This document shows positions 1 to 10,050 of a DNA stretch of 64,000 bases, in pieces. The stretch is taken from positions 8,861-72,860 of the forward strand of contig NCCT01000012.1 in NCBI GenBank assembly GCA_002279795.1, given 5' to 3'. The translations under genes and the position numbers were made by a program. Numbering within the stretch: the first letter of the stretch is position 1; every line of letters starts with the position of its first letter. The notes below the pieces were generated by a model that saw nothing but the letters and a program-made list of their open reading frames with translations, was not told where the DNA came from and searched no databases. Origin of the DNA: Hydrogenophilales bacterium 12-61-10. GTDB lineage: Bacteria > Pseudomonadota > Gammaproteobacteria > Burkholderiales > Thiobacillaceae.

Positions 1-150
1 CGCTTCCGCCGTCACATGCTTGGCGCCGAGCTGCAGCCGCGCCATGTCGTCCGGCGTGTTGACGACGAAAAACAGCGCGAAGGTCAGCAGGTTCACCCCG
101 ATCAGGATCGGGATCGCGTACAGCAGGCGGCGCAGCAGATAGGCGAACAT
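1..150 (-). CDS. ABC transporter permease (DppB/OppB-like), N-terminal part, runs off the window
   Basis: Reverse strand from ATG at 150 reads MFAYLLRRLLYAIPILIGVNLLTFALFFVVNTPDDMAR, a typical OppB N-terminus; directly follows the substrate-binding protein gene. Confidence 0.8.
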   Translation of the reverse strand, partial: MFAYLLRRLLYAIPILIGVNLLTFALFFVVNTPDDMARLQLGAKHVTAEA

Positions 151-2309
151 CAGGCAATCGTCCTTTCGCGTCGCCGCCACGCAATTGCCGCCGGCGCAAT
201 CAAGGCCAGCAACCCGCCCAGCATCAGCGCAATCGGCCACAGCACCGGCTGGTTCCAGGCTTCGCGCTGGCGTGCCCGCATTCCGGGGTCGACGCGGCGA
301 TATTTAAGGGTGTTGTTCGCCATCAGATTGGGTTTGACGTTATGCACCCAGCCGTGGCGCAGGCCGAAGGACTTGGGGTAATAGGCAAAGATCCACGGCG
401 CGTCGCGGCGCACGATCTCCAGCATCGCGTCGATCACTTTTTGCCGCGCGGGGCCGTTGTCCATGTCCTTCATCTGCTCGAACAGGCGATTGAATTCAGG
501 GTTGTCGTAGTTGGCGGCATTTTCGCCGCCGGTGGCGACCTTCTTGTGCGGGCCGTAGAGCAGGAAGAAGAAGTTTTCCGGATCGGGGTAATCGGCGTTC
601 CAGCCCCACTCGAACAACTGCGCGTTGCCTTTGCGGATCTTGTCCTGGAAGCGGTTGTAGTCGGTGCCGCGCACCACCAGCTGCACGCCCAGCTTGTCGA
701 GCTGCTTCTTCATCCAGTCGAGACGCGATTTGGCGTCCGGGCCGCTTGCCATGGTGTCGAAATACAGCACCAACGGTTCGCCGGTTTTGGCGTGGCGGCC
801 ATTGGGATAGCCAGCCTCGGCCAGCAAGCGTTTCGCGTCCGCCAGCGGGCGCCGCACGATCTGCTTGCCGCGCGCTTGATAGACGTAAGGATTGAGGCCG
901 TCCAAACCCTCGACGTAGCCGAACAGGCCCGGCGGAATCGGGCCCTGTGCGGGAATGCCACGGCCGTTGAGGAAAATCGAGATGAACTCGTCGTAGTCGA
1001 AGGCGATGGACAGCGCCTGCCGCAGCTTCTGGCGATCCTCGCCAAGCCCACCGACCACCGGGTCGAGCATGTTGAAACCGACGTACCAGATCGACGCCGC
1101 CACCGTAGTGATGAGGTGGATGTTCTTGTCGCGCATGCTGTCGGTGGGTTGCGGCTCGCCACGGGCGGAAAACTGCACCGCCTGGTCGAAGCTGTCGGAG
1201 CTGATGCCCGAGCTGTCGTAATAGCCCTGCATGAACTTGCTCCAGTAGGGAATGGTTTCCTTTTCCAGACTGAATATCGCTTCATCCACCAGCGGCAGGG
1301 TCTTGCCCGCGTCGGCTAGCAAGCCGGCTTGGCGGTCGGCCGCATCGCCGTCGGCGGGATAGGTTTCACCGTGAAAATACGGATTTTTTTTCAGGACCAT
1401 GCGGCGGTTGGGATCGTTTTCGGCCAGATAGAACGGCCCGGTGCCGACCGGCTGCCAGTCCAGCGTGAGGTTGCGGTCGGCCATGCCGGGCTGGGCATAG
1501 AACGCTTCGGCTTCCCATGGCACCGGCGCAAAGAACGGCATCGCCAGCCAATAAATGAATTGAGGATATTTGCCCTTGATGCGGATGCGATAGGTGGTGC
1601 GGTCGACCGCCTCGGCGCCGGCGAGCGGGAAATCGTTCAGGTTCAACATGGCCCCCGGTCTGGCTTTGGCGGCCTGCTCAAGCGTTCCGCCCAATTCCCT
1701 CAGACCGACGATGTGCTCGCTCATCAAGCCAAATATCGGCGAACTGAGCCCGGGATGCGCCAGCCGCTTGATCTGGTACACATAATCCGCTGCGATCAAT
1801 TCGCGGCTACCCGTATGGGCAAAGTCGGCCAGCGTGGCTTTGTCCGCCAGCGCATGGTAGCGATAACGCCCCGCGGCATCGCGCGCAAATGCCGGATGCG
1901 GCTGGTAGCGAATGCCAGGGCGTATCTTGATTTCGTACACGCTTTCGGCAATCGCGGCCGACGGTGCGTCGTCCGGCAAGGGCTTGCCTGCGGCGTCGTA
2001 AAAACGCGGCTTGGGCACCGTCTCTGCTGTCAGCGGAATCAGCGTGTAAGGGCGTTTGAGAAAGTGGTATTGCAGCGGCGGCTCGTAAATCTGGCCAGTG
2101 AATTCGACTTCGTTGGAGGCATACGAACGTGCCGGATCGAGATGCTTGGGGCGCTCGGAAAAGGCGCTGTAAACGGCATTGGCACCCTTGTCGCTGCCGG
2201 GGTAAGGCGTGTTCCAGCTGTCGGAACAGCCAGCCATTCCCGTCGCCAGCAGAACTGCAAGCATTGCAAACAGAATCGTGCCCAACGGGAAGGTGCCCAA
2301 ACGCGTCAT
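150..2309 (-). CDS. ABC transporter substrate-binding lipoprotein, family 5 (peptide/nickel)
   Basis: 719 aa; lipobox-like MAGC; motifs KHLDPA, GTGPF, WNADYPDPENF. Confidence 0.9.
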   Translation of the reverse strand: MTRLGTFPLGTILFAMLAVLLATGMAGCSDSWNTPYPGSDKGANAVYSAFSERPKHLDPARSYASNEVEFTGQIYEPPLQYHFLKRPYTLIPLTAETVPKPRFYDAAGKPLPDDAPSAAIAESVYEIKIRPGIRYQPHPAFARDAAGRYRYHALADKATLADFAHTGSRELIAADYVYQIKRLAHPGLSSPIFGLMSEHIVGLRELGGTLEQAAKARPGAMLNLNDFPLAGAEAVDRTTYRIRIKGKYPQFIYWLAMPFFAPVPWEAEAFYAQPGMADRNLTLDWQPVGTGPFYLAENDPNRRMVLKKNPYFHGETYPADGDAADRQAGLLADAGKTLPLVDEAIFSLEKETIPYWSKFMQGYYDSSGISSDSFDQAVQFSARGEPQPTDSMRDKNIHLITTVAASIWYVGFNMLDPVVGGLGEDRQKLRQALSIAFDYDEFISIFLNGRGIPAQGPIPPGLFGYVEGLDGLNPYVYQARGKQIVRRPLADAKRLLAEAGYPNGRHAKTGEPLVLYFDTMASGPDAKSRLDWMKKQLDKLGVQLVVRGTDYNRFQDKIRKGNAQLFEWGWNADYPDPENFFFLLYGPHKKVATGGENAANYDNPEFNRLFEQMKDMDNGPARQKVIDAMLEIVRRDAPWIFAYYPKSFGLRHGWVHNVKPNLMANNTLKYRRVDPGMRARQREAWNQPVLWPIALMLGGLLALIAPAAIAWRRRERTIA

Positions 2310-2414
2310 GCCGGGAGTTTACCCAAGCCCACCTCCAACGTCAGCCGTTATCAACGAAGCCGGTGTCTACTTCGAATCCGTTTCGGGATTTTCAGGCGGA
2401 CGTCGCTAATCGAA

Positions 2415-2825
2415 CTACCCCTTGATGTACTGCCAGCCTTGCTTTTGGCGGTTCACGATATGGACGGCCCCGAACGGCACGACCGTCACGCCCGAGGCCA
2501 GGTCGCTATCTGCCAGGTGTTCAGATTTGAGGGAACGGCCACAGGCGATCACGCGGATGCCCTCGTCCAGAACTTTCTGCACGAGCGGTGCTTCATCGCT
2601 GAAAGCCGTCAACAGCTTCACATTGGCTCCATAGACCACAACTTCGAACGTCGCCTTGGGCAGAGCTGCGCGCATATTCGATGCCAGCATCAAGGCTCTT
2701 TTAAAATCGACTCTGTCGCCAGTCACCTGAACCACTACTGCCTCGGACGTTGGCAGCTCATCTGCCGACGCCATAGTGGTTAGTCCAAAAATCATCAGCA
2801 GTGCGAGCATGGCTTTTTTCATCAC
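2415..2825 (-). CDS. Exported DsrE-family protein
   Basis: Signal peptide; FEVVVYG, IACGRSL and C-terminal QKQGWQYIK patterns of the DsrE-like family. Confidence 0.75.
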   Translation of the reverse strand: MMKKAMLALLMIFGLTTMASADELPTSEAVVVQVTGDRVDFKRALMLASNMRAALPKATFEVVVYGANVKLLTAFSDEAPLVQKVLDEGIRVIACGRSLKSEHLADSDLASGVTVVPFGAVHIVNRQKQGWQYIKG

Positions 2826-2938
2826 ATCATTCCTTTAGTTCAAAACTCATATTTCGCCACGAAGCGCTGTGGCAGTCGTTTTCGATCCCCCATCCATACA
2901 TGGCGCGAAAGGGGGCTGTGGGGTCGCGGAAACTTGGT

Positions 2939-2962
2939 GGTTATTCAGTTCACTGAATAACC
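2939..2962. terminator. Hairpin downstream of dsbG (terminator-like or operator)
   Basis: ggttattcag-ttca-ctgaataacc, a perfect 10-bp stem; no clear U-tract. Confidence 0.35.
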
Positions 2963-2970
2963 TGTCAGGC

Positions 2971-3741
2971 TTAGCGCGGGCCAAGTATCGTGGTCAGCAT
3001 CTCGCGCGAGGGCGCGCCTTGAATTTTTTGCAGCTTGCCGCTGGCATCCTTGTAGACGATCGTGGGGGTAGCCGCAGCGCCGAGTTGCTGCATCAGTTTC
3101 TGGTTGGCAGCGAGTTGCGCACGGATTGTTTCAGGCACCTGGCCAAGGGGTTTGACCCCGCCCCTTGCATGTTGCAGTTCATGTTGCGTCAGGGCTACTT
3201 GTTTATCCCTGGCCGCGAGGATGGCTGCCGCTTTGCCCGGGCTGGTGGGTCCGAGGATGGCGACCATGACATGGCGCAACTGCACTTTGCCGGACGTGAC
3301 CCAGGGCCGGGCGTCTTGCCAGAACTTGTTGCAGTAGGGGCAGTTGGGGTCGGTGAAGGTGTAGACGATGCGCGGCGCAGTGTTTTTGCCATCACCTATC
3401 CAGGTGCTTTGCTCAAGCTGCTTCCAGACCCGGTCGGTCATCGGTTTGCTGACCAGTTGCTCAAGGGGCTTCTGGCTCAGGTTGTTGCCTTTGCCGTCGA
3501 TCATGGAACCGACAATTGCCTGCTTGCCGTCGGCGGTCAGGTAGATGGCCAGCGGCTGTTGCTCCATCATGCCGGCATAGCCGGTCAGCCCGCCGGGCGC
3601 CTTGAACGTGCCGATGACCTCAACCCCCTGGGCTTCGAGCGCCTTGATCGGCGCCGGCCAGTCTTTGGCCTGCGCGCTCAGGACCATGCTGCCGAACGCC
3701 GTCAATAAACCGGCAAACAGGAAGGATCGTTTTTTAATCAT
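2971..3741 (-). CDS. dsbG: Thiol:disulfide interchange protein DsbG
   Basis: Signal peptide, FTDPNCPYC active site, ATPTI cis-Pro loop. Confidence 0.9.
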   Translation of the reverse strand: MIKKRSFLFAGLLTAFGSMVLSAQAKDWPAPIKALEAQGVEVIGTFKAPGGLTGYAGMMEQQPLAIYLTADGKQAIVGSMIDGKGNNLSQKPLEQLVSKPMTDRVWKQLEQSTWIGDGKNTAPRIVYTFTDPNCPYCNKFWQDARPWVTSGKVQLRHVMVAILGPTSPGKAAAILAARDKQVALTQHELQHARGGVKPLGQVPETIRAQLAANQKLMQQLGAAATPTIVYKDASGKLQKIQGAPSREMLTTILGPR

Positions 3742-3775
3742 GGTGTTTCTTTCCTTTACGTTGAAAATCGAAAAA

Positions 3776-4342
3776 TCAATGCGCGCGCAACTGATTCAAG
3801 TTGCTCGCCAGCGAAGTAGCCGATAGCTCACCCCGGCGGCTAGCGACCAATTGCCCGCTGGCGTCATAAAACAGAGTGATGGGCAACATTCCCGAGCCGG
3901 CTACGAAACCGAGTGTGGTCTCACGGTCCAGCAGGACATTCGCCAGATCAAGCCGGCTGGCGGACAAATAACGCTGTACGGTCGCCGCGTTTTCACCCTG
4001 ATTGGCGAAGACAAAGCGCACGCCGGTTTCGCGTTGCTGCGCGGCGGCGAGCAGCGGCATTTCGCGGCGGCACGGCGGGCACCAGGTCGCCCACAGGTTG
4101 ACGACCAGGGGTCTGCCGTCGGCCAGCGCAGCGAGGTTTGTCGATTCGCCGGACAGCAGCGTCACCTGCATTTCAGAGAGCGCCGGTTTATCCATCAGGC
4201 GCAGACCGCCCAGTACCCCCTGCCATGCCAGCACCCATAACGCCAAGGTCAGGAGGGTTCGCTTGCGTACCGACAAGCCGCGCCAGCCGCGTCGGATCGC
4301 GCCTGGCATTGCTGCAATAAATGGACGTGGGTTTTTGCTCAT
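3776..4342 (-). CDS. TlpA-family thiol-disulfide oxidoreductase
   Basis: VNLWATWCPPCRREMP motif after a TM anchor. Confidence 0.85.
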   Translation of the reverse strand: MSKNPRPFIAAMPGAIRRGWRGLSVRKRTLLTLALWVLAWQGVLGGLRLMDKPALSEMQVTLLSGESTNLAALADGRPLVVNLWATWCPPCRREMPLLAAAQQRETGVRFVFANQGENAATVQRYLSASRLDLANVLLDRETTLGFVAGSGMLPITLFYDASGQLVASRRGELSATSLASNLNQLRAH

Positions 4343-4348
4343 CGCGTC

Positions 4349-5176
4349 TCAATCTTTGCCCGAAGCAGCGGCGGACGCGCGCAACGGACTTAATTTGCTT
4401 GCCAGCGAGGCCGCTGAGAGTTCGCCCAGGTGGGCAGCGACCAGCCGTCCGCTGGCGTCATAGAACAAAGTGGTAGGCAAGGCCCCCGAGCCGACTTCGC
4501 GACCGAGCGCGGCGGCGGGATCGAGTAACACGTTGGCGAGACCGAGTCGCCCTTCAGTAAGGAAATCCTGCGCCGTCGCGCCGTCTTCGCCCTGATTGAC
4601 GAATACGAAATTCACCCCGGTTTCGCGTTGCTGCGCGGCGGCGAGTACCGGCATTTCGCGCCGGCACGGCGGGCACCAGCTCGCCCACAAATTGACGACC
4701 ATGGGTTTGCCGTCGGCCAGCGCGGCAAGTTTGACCGGATCGCCGGCAAGCGTCGTCAACGAAAGTGTCGGCAGCGCCGACTGTTCCCTCATGCGCTGCG
4801 CACCGAACAGCGCGCCCCACACCAGCGCGCCTGCCGCCAGCCCAAGCAGCAGCGGTTTGCGCAGTGTTGGCTGACGCCAGCCGCGCCAGAGCGCGACCAG
4901 CAGCGCCGCCGCGACTCCGGGCCACACCATGAAACCGCCGTCGCGGATATCGAGCATCGACCACGGCGCGCTGCGGTACGTGTCAAACCAGAAGGCGACA
5001 AAGCCGAGGCGCGCTACCAGCACCCCGGCGATCAGCATGTCGCTCAGGGTATTGACGATGCCCGTTTGGTGGCGGCGCCCGGCGAGGTGACCTACGCCCG
5101 CCGCGACCAGCCCGGCGGCCAGCAACAGCAGCGCGCTGACGGGCAGCGCCAGGGGACCAATATTCACTGACAGCAT
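4349..5176 (-). CDS. TlpA/DsbE-like oxidoreductase with an N-terminal Lgt-like membrane domain
   Basis: Likely start MLSVNIGP; membrane segment with LDIRDGGF; VNLWASWCPPCRREMP. Confidence 0.85.
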   Translation of the reverse strand: MLSVNIGPLALPVSALLLLAAGLVAAGVGHLAGRRHQTGIVNTLSDMLIAGVLVARLGFVAFWFDTYRSAPWSMLDIRDGGFMVWPGVAAALLVALWRGWRQPTLRKPLLLGLAAGALVWGALFGAQRMREQSALPTLSLTTLAGDPVKLAALADGKPMVVNLWASWCPPCRREMPVLAAAQQRETGVNFVFVNQGEDGATAQDFLTEGRLGLANVLLDPAAALGREVGSGALPTTLFYDASGRLVAAHLGELSAASLASKLSPLRASAAASGKD

Positions 5177-5180
5177 GTAT

Positions 5181-6965
5181 TCATCCTTTCCTTGCCTGTG
5201 CCAGGCGGGCGAGAAATGCGTCCGCACTGAGTTCACCGATGATGCGCTCGACACGACGCTCCTTGCCGTCCGGGCCGATCAGCAGCAGCGTCGGCGGGCC
5301 GAGAATCTGGTGTGCACGCATCAGCGCCTGGTCCTCCGCATCATTGGCGGTGACATCCGGACGCAGCAATTGCATGTCGGCCAGCGCCTGCTGCACGCGC
5401 GGGTCGGCAAACACCTCGTGTTCGATCACTTTGCACGACACACACCAGTCGGCGTAAAAGTCCACCAGCGTCCACTGGCCGCGCTGTCCGGCCTCGGCTA
5501 CGCGGGCGGCGAGCGCCTGCCCGGTCTTGACGGGGACGAAGCGGGCCATGAAACCATTCGCGACGGCAGTCTGCGCGGATGCAGCACTTGCCGTTACAAA
5601 CGCCAGCGGCTGCAGTGGATTTTTTGCACCACCGGCCGCGCCGAGCACCATCGCCCCGCCCCACAGGCCAAGCAACAGCGCCAGATAGCGCGACACCAGG
5701 CGGCCTTTTTCACAGCCAAGCTTTTGAACCAGCGCCAGCAGGCTGAGGGCAATCGCCAGCAGCCAGGCGCCCCACAAGCCCAGCGTCAGGGCAGCCGGCA
5801 ATACCCGCGACACGAACACAATCGCGGTGCCGAGCAGAATAAAACCGAACAGCACCTTGACCCGGTTCATCCAGTCGCCGGGACGCGGCAACAGGCGCGC
5901 GCCGAGCGTGCCCACCAGCACCAGCGGCGCCCCCATGCCCAGCCCCATCGCAAACAGGGCCAAGCCGCCGGTCAGCACATTGCCGGTATTGCCGATATAA
6001 AGCAGCGCACCCGCCAGCGGTGCGGTCATGCAGGGTCCGACCAGCAGCGCCGACAGCACGCCCATCGTTGCGGCGCCGCCGACCGTGCCGCCGCGCTGAC
6101 CCTGGCTGGCATGGTTCAATCGGTTGCGCAGCACCGCCGGCAGTTGCAACTCGTAAAATCCGAACATGGCCAGTGCCAGCACTCCAAACATCAGACCGAA
6201 CGTGCCGAGCACCCAGGGGTTTTGCAGTGTCGCCTGCAGATTGGCGCCAGCCAGTGCCGCCGCAGCGCCCACCCCGGCATAGGTCAGTGCCATCGGCAGC
6301 ACAAAGGCCAGCGACAGGATGAAGCCGCGACGGGGGCTGGCCCCGCTGCCCGCAATCAGGCTGGACAGGATCGGCAGCATCGGCAGCACGCAGGGGGTGA
6401 AGGTCATCAGAAAGCCGAGGCCAAAGAACACCAGCAGCATCCAGCCCGGGTTGACACGCGACAGGCGGTCGGCCAGGGCCTGGTCGGCGCCGAGCGCGCC
6501 GCTTGAGGCCGACACGGCATCGCCTGCGGATGTGCCCGATGCCGCGACGGGCGTGGCGGCGACATCGTCCAGCGTCACGCGCAGGGTCTGCGGCGGGTAG
6601 CATATTCCCGCCTCGGCGCAGCCCTGCCAGCTGACGTTCAGCGCCTGGGCACCGGGCGCGTTCACCTGCACCGCCAATTGATCGTGGTAGACCTCGGATG
6701 CGCCAAAAAACTCATCAGTCTTGACGATGCCGGGCGGCAAGATGACCGCTTTGACGCTGCCTGCCGGATCGCCCACGACCTTCACCTGCTTGCGATACAG
6801 GTAGTAGCCTTCGCTGATTTTCCAGTTCAGCCATACCTGACCGTCAGCGTCCTTGCTGACGCCGAGACGAAACGCCTGCTCCACCGGCAGAAAATCTTCC
6901 TGAGCTTGCGCCGGCAGTGCCCACAGCAGGGAGAGCACCACCACCGACCAGAACGAACGCAGCAT
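5181..6965 (-). CDS. dsbD: Protein-disulfide reductase DsbD
   Basis: QGCAEAGICYPP, FTPCVLPM, VGPCMTAP and DFYADWCVSC motifs; GGAGG RBS before ATG at 6965. Confidence 0.93.
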   Translation of the reverse strand: MLRSFWSVVVLSLLWALPAQAQEDFLPVEQAFRLGVSKDADGQVWLNWKISEGYYLYRKQVKVVGDPAGSVKAVILPPGIVKTDEFFGASEVYHDQLAVQVNAPGAQALNVSWQGCAEAGICYPPQTLRVTLDDVAATPVAASGTSAGDAVSASSGALGADQALADRLSRVNPGWMLLVFFGLGFLMTFTPCVLPMLPILSSLIAGSGASPRRGFILSLAFVLPMALTYAGVGAAAALAGANLQATLQNPWVLGTFGLMFGVLALAMFGFYELQLPAVLRNRLNHASQGQRGGTVGGAATMGVLSALLVGPCMTAPLAGALLYIGNTGNVLTGGLALFAMGLGMGAPLVLVGTLGARLLPRPGDWMNRVKVLFGFILLGTAIVFVSRVLPAALTLGLWGAWLLAIALSLLALVQKLGCEKGRLVSRYLALLLGLWGGAMVLGAAGGAKNPLQPLAFVTASAASAQTAVANGFMARFVPVKTGQALAARVAEAGQRGQWTLVDFYADWCVSCKVIEHEVFADPRVQQALADMQLLRPDVTANDAEDQALMRAHQILGPPTLLLIGPDGKERRVERIIGELSADAFLARLAQARKG

Positions 6966-7010
6966 GAGCGCCTCCAAATCAACGTGAGCGCGCATCTTTG
7001 CAAGGCGGAA

Positions 7011-7026
7011 TTAAGGCCACATTAAC
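7011..7026. promoter_or_regulatory. Putative OmpR-family (DsbR/QseB-type) binding box
   Basis: TTAAG-gccaca-TTAAC direct repeat with 11-bp period between divergent dsbD and the response regulator. Confidence 0.55.
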
Positions 7027-7074
7027 AATGCTATTCTCGACGCACGATAGGGTGCCGGGCACGGAAGAGAACGT

Positions 7075-7740
7075 ATGCGGGTATTGCTGGTTGAAGATGA
7101 CGATCTGATTGCCCATGGCATTCAGGCCGGTCTGCGTGCACGCGGCCTGATGGTGGATGGGGTGAAAACCGCAGCGCAGGCCGCGGCCATGCAGTCGGCC
7201 GTGCATTACCAGGTGGTGATTCTCGATCTCGGCCTGCCCGACGAGGATGGCATGAGCCTGTTACAGCGCTGGCGCGCGGACGGCATGGCCTTGCCGGTGC
7301 TGGTGCTGACGGCGCGCGACGCGGTGGAAGACCGCGTTGCCGGGCTGCGCGCCGGGGCGGACGATTACCTGCTCAAACCGTTCGATCTCGACGAACTGGT
7401 TGCGCGCCTGCATGCGCTGCTGCGCCGCGCCGCCGGGCGCAGCGTGGCCATCATCGAGCAGGGCGCGCTACGCCTCGACCCGGAGCGCGGCGAAGTGACC
7501 CTGCATGGCCGTCCAGTGGTGTTGTCGCGGCGCGAACTGTCGCTGCTGGCCGCGCTGCTACATGCACGCGGGCGCATCCTCAGCAGCGATCAACTCAAGG
7601 ACAGCCTGTACGGTTTAAGCGAGGAGATCGAGAGCAATGCACTCAATGTGCATATCCATCATCTGCGGCGCAAGCTTGGCGCCGACCTGATCGAGACCGT
7701 GCGCGGCGTCGGCTACCGCCTTAACAGGGTGGACACATGA
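7075..7740 (+). CDS. OmpR-family response regulator (QseB/DsbR-like)
   Basis: MRVLLVEDD, ILDLGLPD, GADDYLLKPF, ETVRGVGY. Confidence 0.92.
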   Translation: MRVLLVEDDDLIAHGIQAGLRARGLMVDGVKTAAQAAAMQSAVHYQVVILDLGLPDEDGMSLLQRWRADGMALPVLVLTARDAVEDRVAGLRAGADDYLLKPFDLDELVARLHALLRRAAGRSVAIIEQGALRLDPERGEVTLHGRPVVLSRRELSLLAALLHARGRILSSDQLKDSLYGLSEEIESNALNVHIHHLRRKLGADLIETVRGVGYRLNRVDT

Positions 7741-9098
7741 GCCTGCGCCTGCGTTTGCTGCTGATGATCGGGGTATCGCTGAGCCTGCTGTGGGGCGGGG
7801 TCGCGGTGTGGATGCTGCGCGATCTGGACGATGAAATGCGCCGCACGCTGGATCAGCGTCTCGCGATGTCGGCGCGCATGGTGGCCGGGCTGGTCTCGCA
7901 GAACCCGGCCGCGTGGGACACGCGCAGCGGGACAACCGGCATCTCCACCCTGACCGTGCCGGCAACGGCAAAAGGAATCGCCTGCCAGGTCAGTTCGCTG
8001 CGCGGCGAGGTGTTCGCGCGCACCCCGGGCACAACGCCCGCCGCCATCGCAACGACCACGCCCGGGTTTGCCGAGCGCGAAATCGACGGCGAGCACTGGC
8101 GCAGCTACACCGTCGAGGCGTACGGTTTTCGCATCACCACCGCAGATCGTCTGACCGAGCGCGACATGCTGCTGCGCGATGTGATGGCGGCCGCCATCGT
8201 GCCGTTCGTGGTCGCCCTGATCGGCAGCCTGATGATGCTGTGGATTGGCGTTCGCAGCGGTTTGGTGCCGCTGGAACGCCTGCGCCAGACGCTCGCTCGC
8301 CGTGCGCCGGATGCGCTGACGCCCATCCCCAACGCGCCGATGCCGCGCGAGTTACAGCCGCTGGTCGATACCCTCAACCAATTGCTGGCACGAATGCGCG
8401 AGGCCATCAGTCGCGAACGCCGGCTGACCAGCGACGCCGCACATGAATTGCGCACGCCGCTTACTGCGCTTAAAACCCACTTGCAAGTTGCCCGCATCAC
8501 CCACGGCAAGGATGCCGAAACGGCACTCGATTACGCGGAGGAAGGCGCGTCGCGGCTGCAGCACACCTTGCAGCAGCTGCTGACGCTGGCGCAGGTGGAA
8601 GGGCCCTTTTCCTGGGACGAGGCGCAGCGCACGGATGCCGGCGAAGTCGCCCGTTTGGCGATGCGCGATGCCGCACCCAATGCATCCGGGCGCTTTGTGC
8701 TGGTGAACGATGAACCTGGAGTCGAACTGGCGCTGCCGCAAGCGCTGGCTGTCACTGCGCTGCGCAATCTGCTCGACAACGCGCTGCGTCACGCACCGGC
8801 GGAACACCCGGTCAGTCTGGAAATCCAGTCCACGCAAGACACCGTCTGTTTCCGCGTGTGCGATAGCGGCTCGGGACTCAGTGCCGATGAGCTGACGCGG
8901 GTCACGCAACGTTTCTGGCGGCGCGACGCAGGCCGGGGCAGCGGACTGGGGCTCGCCATTGTGGTGGCCATTACCGAGCGCTGCGGCGGATCCCTCGCTT
9001 TGGCGCAGCGGCCCACGGGTGGGCTGGAAGCGAGATTGTCGCTGCCAAGAACGAAACGGATACAAGCTGATAAATATCGAGCGAGCGGTAAAGCGTAG
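7737..9098 (+). CDS. Sensor histidine kinase (QseC/DsbS-like)
   Basis: Two TM segments, DAAHELRTPL H-box, NLLDNA N-box, GSGLGL G-box; single periplasmic Cys in GIACQV. Confidence 0.9.
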   Translation: MSLRLRLLLMIGVSLSLLWGGVAVWMLRDLDDEMRRTLDQRLAMSARMVAGLVSQNPAAWDTRSGTTGISTLTVPATAKGIACQVSSLRGEVFARTPGTTPAAIATTTPGFAEREIDGEHWRSYTVEAYGFRITTADRLTERDMLLRDVMAAAIVPFVVALIGSLMMLWIGVRSGLVPLERLRQTLARRAPDALTPIPNAPMPRELQPLVDTLNQLLARMREAISRERRLTSDAAHELRTPLTALKTHLQVARITHGKDAETALDYAEEGASRLQHTLQQLLTLAQVEGPFSWDEAQRTDAGEVARLAMRDAAPNASGRFVLVNDEPGVELALPQALAVTALRNLLDNALRHAPAEHPVSLEIQSTQDTVCFRVCDSGSGLSADELTRVTQRFWRRDAGRGSGLGLAIVVAITERCGGSLALAQRPTGGLEARLSLPRTKRIQADKYRASGKA

Positions 9099-9189
9099 CC
9101 GCCTGAGCGCGTCATGTCGGGAGTCAACGCACTCAGGCTCGCAACGTCAGCCGTTATAATCGCGGCCTACTCAACTTTTCGAGACCATC

Positions 9190-9972
9190 ATGGGCTTTCT
9201 TGCAGGAAAACGTTTGCTGATTACCGGGGTGATTTCCAACCGCTCCATTGCCTATGGCGTTGCCGCTGCCTGCAAGCGCGAGGGCGCCGAACTTGCCTTT
9301 ACCTACCAGGGCGAGCGTATCAAGGACCGTGTCGCTGAATTTGCCAAGGAATTCGGCTCCGATCTGGTGTTCCCGTGCGATGTTGGCAGCGACGACGAAA
9401 TCAGCGCGCTGTTTGTCGAACTCGGCAAGCATTGGGACGGCCTCGACGGGCTGCTGCATTCGATCGCGTTCGCTCCGAAAGAAGCGCTGGCCGGCGATTA
9501 CCTGTCCTCGGTCACCCGCGAAAACTTCCGCATCGCCCACGACATCAGCTCCTACAGCTTTGCCGCGCTGGCCAAGGCCGCGCTGCCGATGATGGAAGGC
9601 CGCAACGCCGCCCTCCTCACCCTGTCCTATCTCGGCGCGGTGCGCTCGGTGCCCAACTACAACGTGATGGGCCTGGCCAAGGCCAGCCTCGAATCCAGCG
9701 TGTATTACATGGCGCAAAGCCTCGGCCCCAAGGGCATCCGCGTCAACGCGGTGTCGGCCGGACCGATCAAGACGCTGGCGGCTTCCGGCATTTCAAAGTT
9801 CAATGAAAAGCTCGATCTGGTGGCGAAAAACGCCCCGCTTCGCCGCAACGTCACTATTCATGAAGTCGGCAATGCAGCCGCCTTTTTGCTGTCCGATCTG
9901 GCTTCGGGCATCAGCGGCGAAATCACGTATGTGGACGCAGGCTTCAATACCACCGCAGGCGCCGACGACTGA
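9190..9972 (+). CDS. fabI: Enoyl-ACP reductase FabI
   Basis: [45 protein letters not shown]. Confidence 0.96.
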   Translation: MGFLAGKRLLITGVISNRSIAYGVAAACKREGAELAFTYQGERIKDRVAEFAKEFGSDLVFPCDVGSDDEISALFVELGKHWDGLDGLLHSIAFAPKEALAGDYLSSVTRENFRIAHDISSYSFAALAKAALPMMEGRNAALLTLSYLGAVRSVPNYNVMGLAKASLESSVYYMAQSLGPKGIRVNAVSAGPIKTLAASGISKFNEKLDLVAKNAPLRRNVTIHEVGNAAAFLLSDLASGISGEITYVDAGFNTTAGADD

Positions 9973-9988
9973 TACGCTTGCGGCTCCC

Positions 9989-10029
9989 CATGAAAAACGC
10001 GTCCCGACATTCAGGGCGCGTTTTTCATG
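9989..10029. terminator. Bidirectional intrinsic terminator
   Basis: catgaaaaacgcgtccc...gggcgcgtttttcatg inverted repeat between convergent genes. Confidence 0.75.
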
Positions 10030-10050
10030 TCTGCAGGCTGCGCTTGACCA

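Noticed and set aside
2826-2938. Structured leader upstream of the DsrE gene as a riboswitch
   Set aside because: Short hairpins only; no known aptamer consensus recognised
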